From a virus: DNA of 64,000 nt. This document shows, piece by piece, positions 19,301-29,069 of this stretch. The notes beneath the pieces were generated by a model. The model saw only the letters and a program-made list of their open reading frames with translations, did not search any database and had not been told where the DNA came from. Made by a program: the position numbers and the translations under genes. Location of the stretch: the IMG/VR virus record IMGVR_UViG_3300031857_000133, positions 2,904 to 66,903 of that record; one strand, 5' to 3'. Positions within the stretch are counted from its first letter, which is position 1. Every line of letters starts with the position of its first letter.

Positions 19301-21677
19301 TTGTTGATGCTTGGAAAACTGTGTGAGGTTGAAAATCAAATCCAACAGGAATACCTGCATATAATGCGTTATGTCCATTAGATGCGTAACCGAAAAACTG
19401 ACCAGTATTACCAGTAATTAGTAAAGATGTAGCATTTCCTACAAATGTAACATTACCTAAAACTGTAAGATTGCTTTGAATTGTTACATTACCAGAAATC
19501 GTACCACCAGCAGAATTAAACTTGGTGTTTGAATTATCAAACGCTGCTTGTGCTAATATTGTTCCAGTATTGGCTTGATTGTAACCTGCATTGGCGTGAG
19601 CAAACGCAGCATTAGCCTCAATGAAACTGCTATTGGCATGTATAAATGCAGCATTAGCATACTGACCAGTTGCATTCTGACTTATATAAGCGGCATTGGC
19701 ATAATCAAATGCTGCATTGGCTTGTATAAATCCACTATTGGCATGTATGAATGCAGCATTAGACTGAATGAATCCACTATTAGCATGTATAAATGCGGCG
19801 TTTGCATATTGACCTGTAGCATTCTGTGATTCATACGCACTGTTTGCATGAATAAATGCTGCATTAGCGTATTGACCAGTTGCATTCTGAGATTCATATG
19901 CACTGTTGGCGTGTATGAATGCAGCGTTTGCTTGAGTAAATCCGGAATTTGAGTGATCAAATGCCGCATTAGTTTGTATGAATGCACTGTTCGCATGAAT
20001 GAACGCAGCATTAGCATACTGACCTGTTGCATTCTGAGAAATATAAGCAGCATTCGCATGGTCAAACGAAGCATTTGTTTTTATAAATGCCGAGTTAGCT
20101 TGAATGTATGCAGCGTTAGCGGCGGCGAATGCACCGTTGGCATTCGCAAAGGCAGCATTGGCTCTAGCAAAAGCACCGTTAGCATTTGCGAAGGCGTATG
20201 ATGTGTAGACGTACAGGTCTACTGTACCGTTTGCACCAAAGAAGTAGTTTGAGAAGATAGCATTAGCACCTGTAATGCTACCGTTTGAACCTGTTGTTGT
20301 TAATGTATTTGATGTAAGATTACCAACAACGACGACATCACCAGTAACTTGACCACCAACATTGGCATTCAGTGAATTGTTTGCACGAATAAATCCGGCA
20401 TTGGCATGATTGAATGCTGCATTCGCTTGAATAAAGCCACTGTTCGCATGTATAAATGCCGCATTCGCTTGAATGAATCCAGAATTTGCATGATTATAAC
20501 CAGCATTTGATTTTGCAAAGGCACCATTGGCATTCGCAAAAGCAGCATTAGCAGCAGCGAAAGCACCGTTGGCATTTGCAAAGGCAGCATTGGCATGGTC
20601 AAACGCTGAGTTTGTTTTTATGAAACCACTATTTGCATGAATGAATGCTGCATTTGTTTGTATGAATGCTGAATTGGCTTGAATATATGCAGCATTAGCA
20701 GCGGCAAATGCACCGTTAGCGTTGGCAAAACCAGCATTGGCGTGATGATACGCAGAGTTGGCTTGAATAAAACCAGAGTTTGCATAACTACCTGAAGCAT
20801 TCTGAAACTGAAATGACGAATTGGCATGGATGAATGCTGCGTTGGCTTGCTCAAATGCCGAGTTCGCACGAATGCCACTTGTATTCTGACTTGTGTATGC
20901 AGCATTCGCATGTAAGTATGCCGCATTTACATGAAAGAATGATGAATTAGCTTGAATGAATCCTGAGTTGGCATGAATATATGACGCATTGGCCATTGCA
21001 AGACCGGCATTTGCATTGGCAAAAGCAAAGTTAGCATGTAAGAATGCTGAGTTTGCTTGAATGAATCCTGAGTTGGCATGATTAAAAGAAAAATTAGCAT
21101 GTAGAAATGCCGAATTTGCTTTTACAAATGCAGAGTTGGCGTATGATGCCGGTGCTGAACCACCCAAATCATCATAGTTTATACCGTCATTCGTAAATGT
21201 CCATTTATTATCAGTTTCATTCCATAACAAATAAACATTTGGCTGTGCGCCACGATCAATTTCAATACCTGCATTTAATGTCGGTTCACCCGATGGACTG
21301 ATTGCGGTATTCAGCGAAATAATATTATCACCGATTAATACAACAGGCACGTTAGCACCAATCGAACCACCAATGATACTCAGATTACCTTGAATGGTAA
21401 CATCACCAGTAATCAAACCACCAACGTTAGCGTCTAATGAATTGTTCGCACGAAGAGAAGATGCGTTTGCTGTGTGTGAGACAGCGTTTAATCTTTCATA
21501 TGCAGAAATACTACGGATGTAATTATCCCAACCACCGATAGGAATATAACCTGTTCCATCTTGTGAACCAATGAATAATGTATTACTAGTGTATGAATAC
21601 GCCGGTTCGCCGACATTTAATGATGTTGGTGCGCTCGACGTTAGCGAACGTTTTATTTGAATTGGTGTATTTGCCAT
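16365..21677 (-). CDS. long tail fibre protein with ANAAFxx heptad coiled-coil shaft (1770 aa)
   Basis: N-terminal IQIKRS...PTSLNVGEPAY (Mtd/hyaluronidase-N-like anchor), long tandem ANxAFxx heptad tracts, three tandem C-terminal beta domains, and the ending GKAIAMSIVFGG. Confidence 0.75.
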   Translation of the reverse strand: MANTPIQIKRSLTSSAPTSLNVGEPAYSYTSNTLFIGSQDGTGYIPIGGWDNYIRSISAYERLNAVSHTANASSLRANNSLDANVGGLITGDVTIQGNLSIIGGSIGANVPVVLIGDNIISLNTAISPSGEPTLNAGIEIDRGAQPNVYLLWNETDNKWTFTNDGINYDDLGGSAPASYANSAFVKANSAFLHANFSFNHANSGFIQANSAFLHANFAFANANAGLAMANASYIHANSGFIQANSSFFHVNAAYLHANAAYTSQNTSGIRANSAFEQANAAFIHANSSFQFQNASGSYANSGFIQANSAYHHANAGFANANGAFAAANAAYIQANSAFIQTNAAFIHANSGFIKTNSAFDHANAAFANANGAFAAANAAFANANGAFAKSNAGYNHANSGFIQANAAFIHANSGFIQANAAFNHANAGFIRANNSLNANVGGQVTGDVVVVGNLTSNTLTTTGSNGSITGANAIFSNYFFGANGTVDLYVYTSYAFANANGAFARANAAFANANGAFAAANAAYIQANSAFIKTNASFDHANAAYISQNATGQYANAAFIHANSAFIQTNAAFDHSNSGFTQANAAFIHANSAYESQNATGQYANAAFIHANSAYESQNATGQYANAAFIHANSGFIQSNAAFIHANSGFIQANAAFDYANAAYISQNATGQYANAAFIHANSSFIEANAAFAHANAGYNQANTGTILAQAAFDNSNTKFNSAGGTISGNVTIQSNLTVLGNVTFVGNATSLLITGNTGQFFGYASNGHNALYAGIPVGFDFQPHTVFQASTNENNYSQINIQNINNGPDASGDYVATADNGTEDDTYIDMGIGSSQHADPEFTLVGPNDGYLYTHGNTSTGGGDLVLGTFLPQNDVVLAAGGMNNENEQMRIIGSSNTINIRANVDASLSKSVLLGAVANVHITGGSDDDYIRTDGAGNLTFANLTSANVIKVLYNTTNASFIQANAAFASANNIDGVNLTQNTNIASAASYANSAFIQANASFVHVNSAFDHANAAYQSQNATGQYANAAFTVANGAFIHANSGYIHVNSAFDHANAAYISQNSTGNYANAAFANANAGLAMANAAFANANGAFASANAAFNTGNSAFIQANASFDHANAAFAAANNVFPQVQPAYDTANSAFIHANSAFIHANASFDKANNADANALSAGAYANAAFAAANNVAPQIQPAFNTANAAFIQANASFDKANNAEANASSAGVYANGAYVHANAAFAAANNVFPQVQPAFHTANAAFIQANAGILHAQSAFHHANAGYDAANTSDGKAVAAGNYANAAFIVANATTIQANASFDHANSGFVQANSAFFHSNSGFIQANASYNQANASFIVANATSTQANAAFDHANAAFASANNVAPQVQPAFNTANAAFIQANAATIIAQSAFNAANNASDPWVRGQANAAFIQANAAFDKANTGANAEVRTFATTSNGAVSTYALGFTPASNSAVIVSIGGIVQLENDDYLVDRTNNSISFNEPPPVGEKIRVAGFNNVNPYFLDVANSAGAVVVSYNGIGDGVTQGFNLGFRPESGNAIFVSLGGILQPEDAYTVNPSTNTITFVTAPGNNENIRVVGYDKINPYYIQYVSSNVSVSTFETVANGNFTTFNLGFLPQAREVLIVSVDGVIQPITSYEVNNTQQTITFDAAPANGELVRVITMYTTANAFVIPDGSITLSKLDDQLYNLIYNSSNVANNISNTANLAIANVEASANATLNTVSNTVNAAFNTANAAFIQANTAASTGKAIAMSIVFGG
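17380..18800. repeat. 21-bp period coding repeat tract (ANAAFxx), distal segment
   Basis: Degenerate gcattcgc/gcattagc units recurring with 21-nt period; translates as heptads. Confidence 0.8.
19540..21150. repeat. 21-bp period coding repeat tract (ANSAFIH/ANAAFIQ), proximal segment
   Basis: Heptad repeats with a higher-order 21-aa unit, e.g. ANAAFIHANSAYESQNATGQY repeated. Confidence 0.8.
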
Positions 21678-21686
21678 TTGTAATTC

Positions 21687-21908
21687 TTAGAATAAACCGC
21701 CGTCAAGTTTTTCTAAAACGGAGGTAGCAATTTTCATTTCAAAACGATTATTGGCCGAATTATAAACTAAAGAAAAACCATTCTCAACACCTTCTGTAGA
21801 TACATCATTAATTTCTGCTAATGATACATTTGGTTTTGGTTTATAATTGGGCGATACAAGTGTTGTTCTATTTGGTTGAAAAACCGTAACTTTACCTAAA
21901 TCTGGCAT
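21687..21908 (-). CDS. small fibre connector-like protein ending LDGGLF
   Basis: 73 aa with an SLAEINDV...LVYNSANNRF motif and a C-terminal DGGxF; directly precedes the long fibre gene. Confidence 0.5.
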   Translation of the reverse strand: MPDLGKVTVFQPNRTTLVSPNYKPKPNVSLAEINDVSTEGVENGFSLVYNSANNRFEMKIATSVLEKLDGGLF

Positions 21909-21911
21909 GAC

Positions 21912-22247
21912 TTACCTCGTAACTGATGGAAGTACAACAGCAGTGCCTTCTACTACACGTGTCACAGAGTTATCAATCGAATTTCTGATAATTAGATCAT
22001 AAACATAACGACCGGGAGTTAGATTTGCTGTATTTGCAGCGGTCATTGATAGTGTAATTTGACCGTTAGCGTTGCCAGTAATTATTGCTGATAATGTGTT
22101 TGCTGATGAAGAATAATATGATTTGCGTAATTGAGCAGATGCAGAATATGTAGTGAGATTTACAGAATCACCTTGTGTATCATTTACTGTAACAGTTGAT
22201 GTTAGGTTTGCACCTTGCTCAATGGTAATTTCTACGTAAGCAGCCAA
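21912..22247 (-). CDS. small virion structural protein (Ig-like; IEQGA...AQLRKSY...GRYVYD)
   Basis: 111 aa with a motif set seen in T4-like phage structural regions; has its own late promoter and Shine-Dalgarno sequence. Confidence 0.55.
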   Translation of the reverse strand: MAAYVEITIEQGANLTSTVTVNDTQGDSVNLTTYSASAQLRKSYYSSSANTLSAIITGNANGQITLSMTAANTANLTPGRYVYDLIIRNSIDNSVTRVVEGTAVVLPSVTR

Positions 22248-22268
22248 GACTATCTCCTTCTAATTGTG

Positions 22269-22276
22269 TATTTAGT
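22269..22276 (-). promoter_or_regulatory. T4-like late promoter (ACTAAATA)
   Basis: Lies between the terminator at 22297-22319 and the AAGGAG Shine-Dalgarno of 21912-22247. Confidence 0.65.
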
Positions 22277-22290
22277 CAATCTTGTACCGC

Positions 22291-22323
22291 TAATAAAAAA
22301 CCCCGACAAGCGGGGTTTTCTTT
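22291..22323 (-). terminator. intrinsic terminator (possibly bidirectional)
   Basis: AAAACCCCG-acaag-CGGGGTTTT hairpin (22297-22319) with T-runs on both strands; follows 22340-22741. Confidence 0.85.
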
Positions 22324-22339
22324 ATAATGAATAACAATT

Positions 22340-22741
22340 TTAAACTGGCTCTTCAGATGGACCAGGAGGCAATTCTTGCCAAGAAGTAGTATCTTCATCC
22401 CACATATACATTTTTTTACCTTCACCGACACCATAATCTTCTGGTCGTGGTACAGGTGGATCCCAGTTTGCATCTTCATTGTTCAACACCCACGAAGGAT
22501 ATGGTTTAGGTGGAACGAATGCATCAAGTTCTGCATTGTATGAATAACCGATGCCTGCATAACGCTTGCGGAAGTTGTGATTGTATGATGTTTGTTTCCA
22601 ATTGCCACCGAACAATCTTTGGCAGAAACCAATACCCATTTCTTCACGTTCTTGACCACTAGCGTCAAGCAGTTCATTGTTAGACACAACAATGACTTGT
22701 GTTACTACATTGTTTTCATCAAGTTGTGCAAAATGTGCCAT
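22340..22741 (-). CDS. putative tail-fibre assembly chaperone (MAHFAQLD type)
   Basis: MAHFAQLDENNVV...WKQTSYNHNFRKRYAGIG...DAFVPPKPYPSW...WDE family, which typically follows glycine-rich fibre genes; the chaperone role is inferred. Confidence 0.55.
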   Translation of the reverse strand: MAHFAQLDENNVVTQVIVVSNNELLDASGQEREEMGIGFCQRLFGGNWKQTSYNHNFRKRYAGIGYSYNAELDAFVPPKPYPSWVLNNEDANWDPPVPRPEDYGVGEGKKMYMWDEDTTSWQELPPGPSEEPV

Positions 22742-22777
22742 TTGTAAAACTCCCTCTTTGTTTAAAAAGTTACTTTG

Positions 22778-22785
22778 TATTTATA
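22778..22785 (-). promoter_or_regulatory. canonical T4 late promoter TATAAATA
   Basis: Exact consensus in the intergenic gap upstream of 22340-22741; a second CATAAATA lies at 22790-22797. Confidence 0.7.
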
Positions 22786-22792
22786 AATCTAT

Positions 22793-25297
22793 TTATGTCC
22801 ATTTAAGGATGATTATACCAGAACCACCAGACGCACCAAAACCTCCTCCACCACCTGTGAAAGAAGAGCCATTAGCACCAACACCAAGACCATCAGAGTT
22901 TCCATTACCACCACCACCTAATCCACCGCCAGTCATGTAAACGGCTCCACCTCCAGGTCCACCGCCGGTTCTGCTACCTCCTCCTCCACCTCCAGAATAA
23001 AATATAGGAGTTCCTGTAATTGATGATGCAAGACCTATGCCACCATTACCTCCTTGTGTGCCACTTGCTGCATTAGCCCCATTTGCGCCAGCACCACCAC
23101 CGCCACCTCCAGCACCTTGCCATGAACCACCAGCACCAGCACCAATGCCACCACCGGTTCCTTGTGCGGGTGAAACATTAGGAAGATTTCCTATTCCTCC
23201 TATTCCTGTTGCGAATGAATTGTTATCTCCACCACAACCTCCACCACCAGAACCGCCGCCGGCACCGTTATTGCCAATGGTGCCGGGTTCATATGAAACT
23301 GAAGTGCCTCCCGCACCACCACCAGCAGACCACACTGATGAAGATACATTATAAATTCCTGAATTGGAGCCATTTGATTTTGCTGCGCCACCGGAACCAA
23401 CAATAACCGTATAAGATCCCGGTGAAACGGGATAAGATGTTGATGTACGATAACCACCAGCACCACCACCTCCACCATGCGTTCCACCACCACCACCTCC
23501 ACCAGCAACAATCAAATACTCTATTGATGAAACTCCTGTTGGCACATTCCATGTGGCTGTGTTAGAGAAGACTGCAATCTTATTTTGTGTGTCAGACACT
23601 TTGATGACTGCAAAACCGGAACCACCTGGTGAACCAGATGTGTAATTACTAGTATACCCGCCACCGCCTCCGCCGCCACCAGTGTTTGTGCCGCCAGATG
23701 TTGATACATAACTGTTGTTATTGCCTGCGCCGTTACCACCACCACCTTGTCCGCCATTGCCTGCACGTGAATTATTTGCGCCACCGCCACCGCCACCCGC
23801 ATACGCCGTATTTGACCCAGTAATTGTAGAAAATATACCTACGCCACCATTGCCACTTTGTATTACAGCAGGATGTGGAGGTGCCGCCCCAACTGAACCA
23901 CCAACTGCACCTGCGCCACCACCTCCGCCACAAAAACCGGCAGGACTATTTCCACCGTTATTGCCTTGTCCAGGTGTACCACTTCCTCCACTGGGTCCTC
24001 CTTGACCACTACCGCCACCGGAACCACCAGCACCTCCATTTTTTTGCGGAGCATTGGTTGCGCCAGGAGCATCACCACCACCAAAACCACCACCCAATGC
24101 TGTAAATAATACAGCATTAGCGGTATTACCAGCAGACAAAACTGTATTTGAACCGGCTGAACCAGGATTACTTCCGCCGCCACCGGCACCTCCACTACCT
24201 AATCGAATTGTATAGATTTGATTAGGACCTACTGGATAACTAGTGCCCTGTAATAAACCACCAGCACCACCACCGCCACCTAAAGAGCCACCACCTCCGC
24301 CACCAGCAACTAGTAGATAATCAATTGATGTGATGCCATCAGGTACTGTAAATTGGCCCGTATTTGCAAAAACAAAAATTTGATTTGTAGAATTTCCAAA
24401 TCGCCATCTAAGAATGACTAGACCGGAACCGCCAGCACCACCATTTCTAATAGGACTATCACTGCCGCCACCACCGCCACCGCCAGTATTCGTGATTCCA
24501 TTCACCGCTGCTACTGGGAAAAGGCCGCCGTTACCACCGCCTCCACCTCCAGGATGAGCAGTCGATGTGTTACCACCTCCACCACCACCACGCACAACGG
24601 TTTGACCGGAAAACGAAGAGGAAAGACCTGCTCCACCTATGCCGTTTCCAGTGCTTGTATTGTTCGGCGTGGGTTCACTGCCGCCAGCACCACCGGCGCC
24701 GCCACCGCCGCCACCGCCATAACCCCATGCTGGTTGTGGAGAGTTCGTTCCTATTCCGCCAGCATTTCCTTGACCGGGCGTTCCTGTTGCTACTGCTCCA
24801 GTTCCACCAGAACCTCTTCCTCCACCGGAACCACCGCTTCTACCTGGATTATTTCTTCCAGCGCCGCCAGCACCACCACCTATAGCAGTTAAATTTCCGA
24901 ATACAGAGTTACTGCCATTGGCAGCATTATCATTCGTGTCTGTGCCTCCAGTGCCACCAGAACCAACAAGTATGGTATATGTTTGTGCGGGCGTTACACC
25001 ATATCCAGTACCAATCAGATATCCACCAGCGCCTCCACCACCACCATAATATGCACCGCCGCCACCTCCACCTGCAACTAAAAGATAGTCAACTTGTGTT
25101 ACACGATCAGGCACTACCCACGATGTACTTTCTGTAAAAATCTGAGTGCCTGTTTCACCAAGCGGAAAATCGATTGGCCAAATATTGCTCAATTTTGCAA
25201 GTTGAATTTCACCTGGTGTCCAAACACCAACTGTGCTATTTGGATTAGCAAGATTTCTACTGCCAATTATACCGCCGTTAAATCTTCTGATTGCCAT
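22793..25297 (-). CDS. glycine-rich adhesin-like protein with three tandem polyglycine domains (834 aa)
   Basis: Three repeats of [W/F].VP..V..I.Y.(L/I)VAGGGGGG...SG..I.; N-terminal NGGIIG...GVWT motif. Confidence 0.75.
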   Translation of the reverse strand: MAIRRFNGGIIGSRNLANPNSTVGVWTPGEIQLAKLSNIWPIDFPLGETGTQIFTESTSWVVPDRVTQVDYLLVAGGGGGGAYYGGGGGAGGYLIGTGYGVTPAQTYTILVGSGGTGGTDTNDNAANGSNSVFGNLTAIGGGAGGAGRNNPGRSGGSGGGRGSGGTGAVATGTPGQGNAGGIGTNSPQPAWGYGGGGGGGAGGAGGSEPTPNNTSTGNGIGGAGLSSSFSGQTVVRGGGGGGNTSTAHPGGGGGGNGGLFPVAAVNGITNTGGGGGGGSDSPIRNGGAGGSGLVILRWRFGNSTNQIFVFANTGQFTVPDGITSIDYLLVAGGGGGGSLGGGGGAGGLLQGTSYPVGPNQIYTIRLGSGGAGGGGSNPGSAGSNTVLSAGNTANAVLFTALGGGFGGGDAPGATNAPQKNGGAGGSGGGSGQGGPSGGSGTPGQGNNGGNSPAGFCGGGGGAGAVGGSVGAAPPHPAVIQSGNGGVGIFSTITGSNTAYAGGGGGGANNSRAGNGGQGGGGNGAGNNNSYVSTSGGTNTGGGGGGGGYTSNYTSGSPGGSGFAVIKVSDTQNKIAVFSNTATWNVPTGVSSIEYLIVAGGGGGGGTHGGGGGAGGYRTSTSYPVSPGSYTVIVGSGGAAKSNGSNSGIYNVSSSVWSAGGGAGGTSVSYEPGTIGNNGAGGGSGGGGCGGDNNSFATGIGGIGNLPNVSPAQGTGGGIGAGAGGSWQGAGGGGGGAGANGANAASGTQGGNGGIGLASSITGTPIFYSGGGGGGSRTGGGPGGGAVYMTGGGLGGGGNGNSDGLGVGANGSSFTGGGGGFGASGGSGIIILKWT

Positions 25298-25300
25298 TTA

Positions 25301-27742
25301 TTATGCCCATCTAAGAACAGCGATACCGGAACCTCCTGCCATACCGCCGCCGCCTCCACCACCAGTTGATGCAATTCCCATGACTCCCGAATTACCTCCG
25401 CCGTATAACCAATTGAATGTGCTGTTATCATTTCCAGCACCACTACCTGACGCAGTGCCACCTCCAGCATAACCTGTATTGGCACCAGTAATCGAACTAT
25501 AAATTCCTCTACCACCTGAACCACCGCCAGAGCCATAAAAACCACCATCTACACCAGCACTTGTAGCTCCACCTCCACCACCACCCACGGTGGCGCCACC
25601 AGCTCCTATGCTAAAACCACTGGCGCCATTATTTCCTTGACCGGGCGTTCCTAAACCAAAACCACCGCCAAAATTTGAACCACCACCAGAACCACCACTT
25701 GCAGCAGGACCATCATTGCCAGCTCCACGACCTCCACCCAATGCAATAACAGTAGATATGCCTGTTCCTGAAATACCAGTGTTTCCTCCATTCGCACCAG
25801 CAGCACCACCAGCACCCACTGTCACTGTGTATGTTTCACCGGGAGTAACTGGAAATGATGGACTACTTAAAACGCCACCCGCACCACCACCACCGCCAGG
25901 ATTTCCTGCACCTCCTCCACCGCCACCGCCAACAAATAAGTATTGAATTGAAGTTACTCCAGCAGGAACTTGCCAGGGAGTAGTGTTAGTAACATTCGCA
26001 AAGTTGTTTTGATTTACAGCAAGTCTAATTAGCACAAGACCTGAACCACCTGCTGCGATTCGTCCACCGCCACCTCCAGTATTTGTGTTTGCAGATGAAC
26101 CGTTAGTTCCGCCACCAAAAGGTGTACCTAACCATGGTGCACCAGAAGAATACAATGCGTATCCTCCACCGCCATATCCACTAGTACCACCTCCGCCACC
26201 ACCATAAGCAACATTAGAGCCGCTAAATGTGGAAAATATTCCTATTCCACCGTTAGAAAGTCCGTTTCCGTTACCAACGCCTCCGGCACCACCGCCTCCA
26301 CCGCCAATTTGAAACATTGGTGCACCTGAGCCTGGACCACCAGCAAAACCTTGTCCTGCTATACCTGCGCCTTGATTTGCTCCACCGCCATTGCCACCGC
26401 CTCCAGAACCACCTGAAGAACCACCACCAGCGTCACCACCACCGCCACCACCACCGACCGCACAAAATAGAACATTTGCATCAACAGTATTTCCAAAAGA
26501 AATTAGTGTATTGCTTCCTCTTGTTCCAATTGCTGACGGTGCGGCAGCAGCCCCACCACCTCCAATCACGACTGTATATTTTTGTCGTGGAACCACAGGA
26601 AAACCAGTTCCTTGCAATACGCCACCAGCACCACCGCCTCCAGCAGAACCGCCACTACCACCTGAACCACCTCCTGCGATCATGAAGTAACTCATTAATG
26701 AAAAACCTGTAGGTACTTCAAACTGTCCTGATGAATCAAAAACAAAGTAACGATTTTCACTTGGCGGTTGCGCCGCATAACGAAGAATTACAACGCCTGA
26801 GCCACCCGCACCTCCACCTCCTGCACCTCCAGTGCCGGAAAAACTAGAAGCACCTCCTCCACCACCCGTGAAGGTGTTACCAGAAGCAGCAAATCCACCA
26901 TTGACAGGTGAACCATTGCCACCACCGAAAGGTGTGCCTAACCATGGTGCACCCGTTGAATATAATGCATATCCACCGCCACCTTTGCCTTCAGTGGTAC
27001 CACGATAATCTCCACAACCTCCACCACCGCCAGCGTATGCAACGTTTGCACCACTTATCGAAGAAAATATTCCTATGCCACCATTGCCCGATCTTGCTGG
27101 ACTTGCTTGTCCGTTTGCTCCTGCGCCACCAGCACCACCGCCACCTCCTCCAGTACCAACAGTAGGAGTGGCCACTCCAAAAAAACCACCATTATTACCC
27201 TGTCCTGGTGTGCCTAGTCCAACAGCAGGTCCTCCACCGCCACCAGAGCCACCAGAAAAACCAGGCAAATTATAAGCAGTGCCAGCACCACCACCAATTG
27301 ACCAAAGTGCAGGAAAAGATGACGATGACCAAATACCAGAGTTTGAACCATTAGCACCACTACCAGTGTACAACGGTGCTACCGGCAAACCACCAGCACC
27401 ACCGGCACCTACAACTATAGTATATGTCTGTCCCGGCACCACAGAAAGTCCTGTTCCTTGAAGAACTCCTCCTGCACCACCGCCGCCACTTGAATTATGA
27501 GAACCTCCACCTCCACCACCCACAATAAAATATTCGACAGATCGAACATCTGTTGGAGCAGTCCAAGTTGTAGTCTGTGTGAATGTTTGAATGCTGGAAA
27601 TATCAGCAGATAAATCAACTGGCCATAAATTAGCCAGTCTACTGATACTTATCTGATCAAGTGTCCAGACACCAGATACTTGACCTGCTCTTGTTGTTGA
27701 GTTTACTAGGCCAATGATGCCGCCATTCAAACCTAAAGGCAT
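25301..27742 (-). CDS. glycine-rich adhesin-like protein with three tandem polyglycine domains (813 aa)
   Basis: Same three-domain architecture and N-terminal NGGIIG...GVWT...LWP.D motif as 22793-25297. Confidence 0.75.
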   Translation of the reverse strand: MPLGLNGGIIGLVNSTTRAGQVSGVWTLDQISISRLANLWPVDLSADISSIQTFTQTTTWTAPTDVRSVEYFIVGGGGGGSHNSSGGGGAGGVLQGTGLSVVPGQTYTIVVGAGGAGGLPVAPLYTGSGANGSNSGIWSSSSFPALWSIGGGAGTAYNLPGFSGGSGGGGGPAVGLGTPGQGNNGGFFGVATPTVGTGGGGGGAGGAGANGQASPARSGNGGIGIFSSISGANVAYAGGGGGCGDYRGTTEGKGGGGYALYSTGAPWLGTPFGGGNGSPVNGGFAASGNTFTGGGGGASSFSGTGGAGGGGAGGSGVVILRYAAQPPSENRYFVFDSSGQFEVPTGFSLMSYFMIAGGGSGGSGGSAGGGGAGGVLQGTGFPVVPRQKYTVVIGGGGAAAAPSAIGTRGSNTLISFGNTVDANVLFCAVGGGGGGGDAGGGSSGGSGGGGNGGGANQGAGIAGQGFAGGPGSGAPMFQIGGGGGGAGGVGNGNGLSNGGIGIFSTFSGSNVAYGGGGGGTSGYGGGGYALYSSGAPWLGTPFGGGTNGSSANTNTGGGGGRIAAGGSGLVLIRLAVNQNNFANVTNTTPWQVPAGVTSIQYLFVGGGGGGGAGNPGGGGGAGGVLSSPSFPVTPGETYTVTVGAGGAAGANGGNTGISGTGISTVIALGGGRGAGNDGPAASGGSGGGSNFGGGFGLGTPGQGNNGASGFSIGAGGATVGGGGGGATSAGVDGGFYGSGGGSGGRGIYSSITGANTGYAGGGTASGSGAGNDNSTFNWLYGGGNSGVMGIASTGGGGGGGMAGGSGIAVLRWA

Positions 27743-28125
27743 TAAGTAATCTCTTCAAACGATGAAATAAAGTGAAGACGGTTATTTGAATCTGCTCTTA
27801 CTCTGATTTGGTCACCCTCTTCAAGATATAGAGTTTTTGAAAGAATGTCTAATGAAGACTTTGCTGGCACTGTGATAACATTTGCCAATGCATAAGTTGT
27901 GTTACCAAGACCCGTACTTGTATTTTGTGCGCCAAACTTAAACAAATCGATTGATACATTACCAGCATTTGTGCCGTCAACGTTTGAAACGATGATAGTA
28001 TTAATTTTAAATACTTTATTTGAATTAACAGGATTTACAATCACAGACGAAAAAACAGTCGTCACATTAGCAACGTTACTTTTGCCTAAAATATTCGATA
28101 CGTTTACTATATTTGGCGCTGCCAT
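27742..28125 (-). CDS. small fibre-associated adaptor-like protein (MAAPNIV type)
   Basis: 127 aa; INTIIVSNVDG...VPAKSSL...YLEEGD...SFEEIT; its stop overlaps the start of the 813-aa gene. Confidence 0.55.
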   Translation of the reverse strand: MAAPNIVNVSNILGKSNVANVTTVFSSVIVNPVNSNKVFKINTIIVSNVDGTNAGNVSIDLFKFGAQNTSTGLGNTTYALANVITVPAKSSLDILSKTLYLEEGDQIRVRADSNNRLHFISSFEEIT

Positions 28126-28138
28126 TTCTTTTCCTTAA

Positions 28139-29068
28139 TTAAGAAGAACGTATAAGTCTAACGATTACGATACCAGAACCTCCAGCACCAGCAACGGATG
28201 GTCCGCCGCCACCGCCGCCACCGCCAGTATGTGCGACACCATTTTCACCTGGTGATAAATCTATACCACCACCTCTGCCCGCACCAAAAGGTGTGCCCAC
28301 AAATGCTCCATGGGGAGGTAAAGTTGAACTTTCTGACCCATAATGACCCGGTAGTTTAGAGTTGCCACCACCAGCAAATCCTGTACCAGGATATCCATAA
28401 ATTCCATAATCACCACCAGCACCGGCACCTCCACCACCATATGCAGTATTAGCACCACTTATGCTAGAAAAAATTCCTCTGCCACCGTCTCCTGGTGTAT
28501 CTAAGCCAGCACTTCCAGTACCTCCACCGCCACCTTGTCCAAGAAATCCAGCTCCGCCACCGTTATTGCCCTCTGAGGGGCTATATCCACCAACATTTCC
28601 AGAACCGCCTGCATGATACGACTGATTACCTCCACCTCCTGCACCACCACCCGAACCGCCAGGACCACCACCATTACCTGTGCCAGGACTATCATTAATG
28701 CCCGCACCATAACCACCACCTGTTGACCAATATGCAGGAAATGGTGAAGCAGAAAATATACCCGAATTTGATCCTGAAGCTCCCAATACAGGACCATTAC
28801 TTCCACCACCGCCAACTTGAACTGTATATGATGTGCCAGGAGTTACTGATATGGATGTAATAGTTCTGACACCACCAGCTCCACCACCTCCTGAAGGGGC
28901 ACGACTAGCAGCACCTCCACCTCCAGCGACAATTAAAACATCCATTGATGTAACTGTGGGTGGTATTACAAAAGTGCCACTGCTGGTAAATAATAATCTT
29001 CCAGTTGACGGCCTTCTAGTCAAAAACGCCACAGATGCGGTTGATATTAGCGTGTTCAATCTAGGCAT
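28139..29068 (-). CDS. glycine-rich adhesin-like protein (single domain)
   Basis: FTSSGTFVIP...DVLIVAGGGG...GGSGIVIVR. Confidence 0.7.
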   Translation of the reverse strand: MPRLNTLISTASVAFLTRRPSTGRLLFTSSGTFVIPPTVTSMDVLIVAGGGGAASRAPSGGGGAGGVRTITSISVTPGTSYTVQVGGGGSNGPVLGASGSNSGIFSASPFPAYWSTGGGYGAGINDSPGTGNGGGPGGSGGGAGGGGNQSYHAGGSGNVGGYSPSEGNNGGGAGFLGQGGGGGTGSAGLDTPGDGGRGIFSSISGANTAYGGGGAGAGGDYGIYGYPGTGFAGGGNSKLPGHYGSESSTLPPHGAFVGTPFGAGRGGGIDLSPGENGVAHTGGGGGGGGPSVAGAGGSGIVIVRLIRSS

Positions 29069-29069
29069 T

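Noticed and set aside
17380-21150. Regular 21-bp periodic repeats that could be mistaken for a CRISPR or other non-coding array
   Set aside because: They are degenerate at third codon positions, lack unique spacers and lie in frame within the 1770-aa CDS.
22276-22479. 67-aa ORF overlapping the 133-aa gene
   Set aside because: It is an alternative frame that runs through the terminator hairpin, with no supporting signals.
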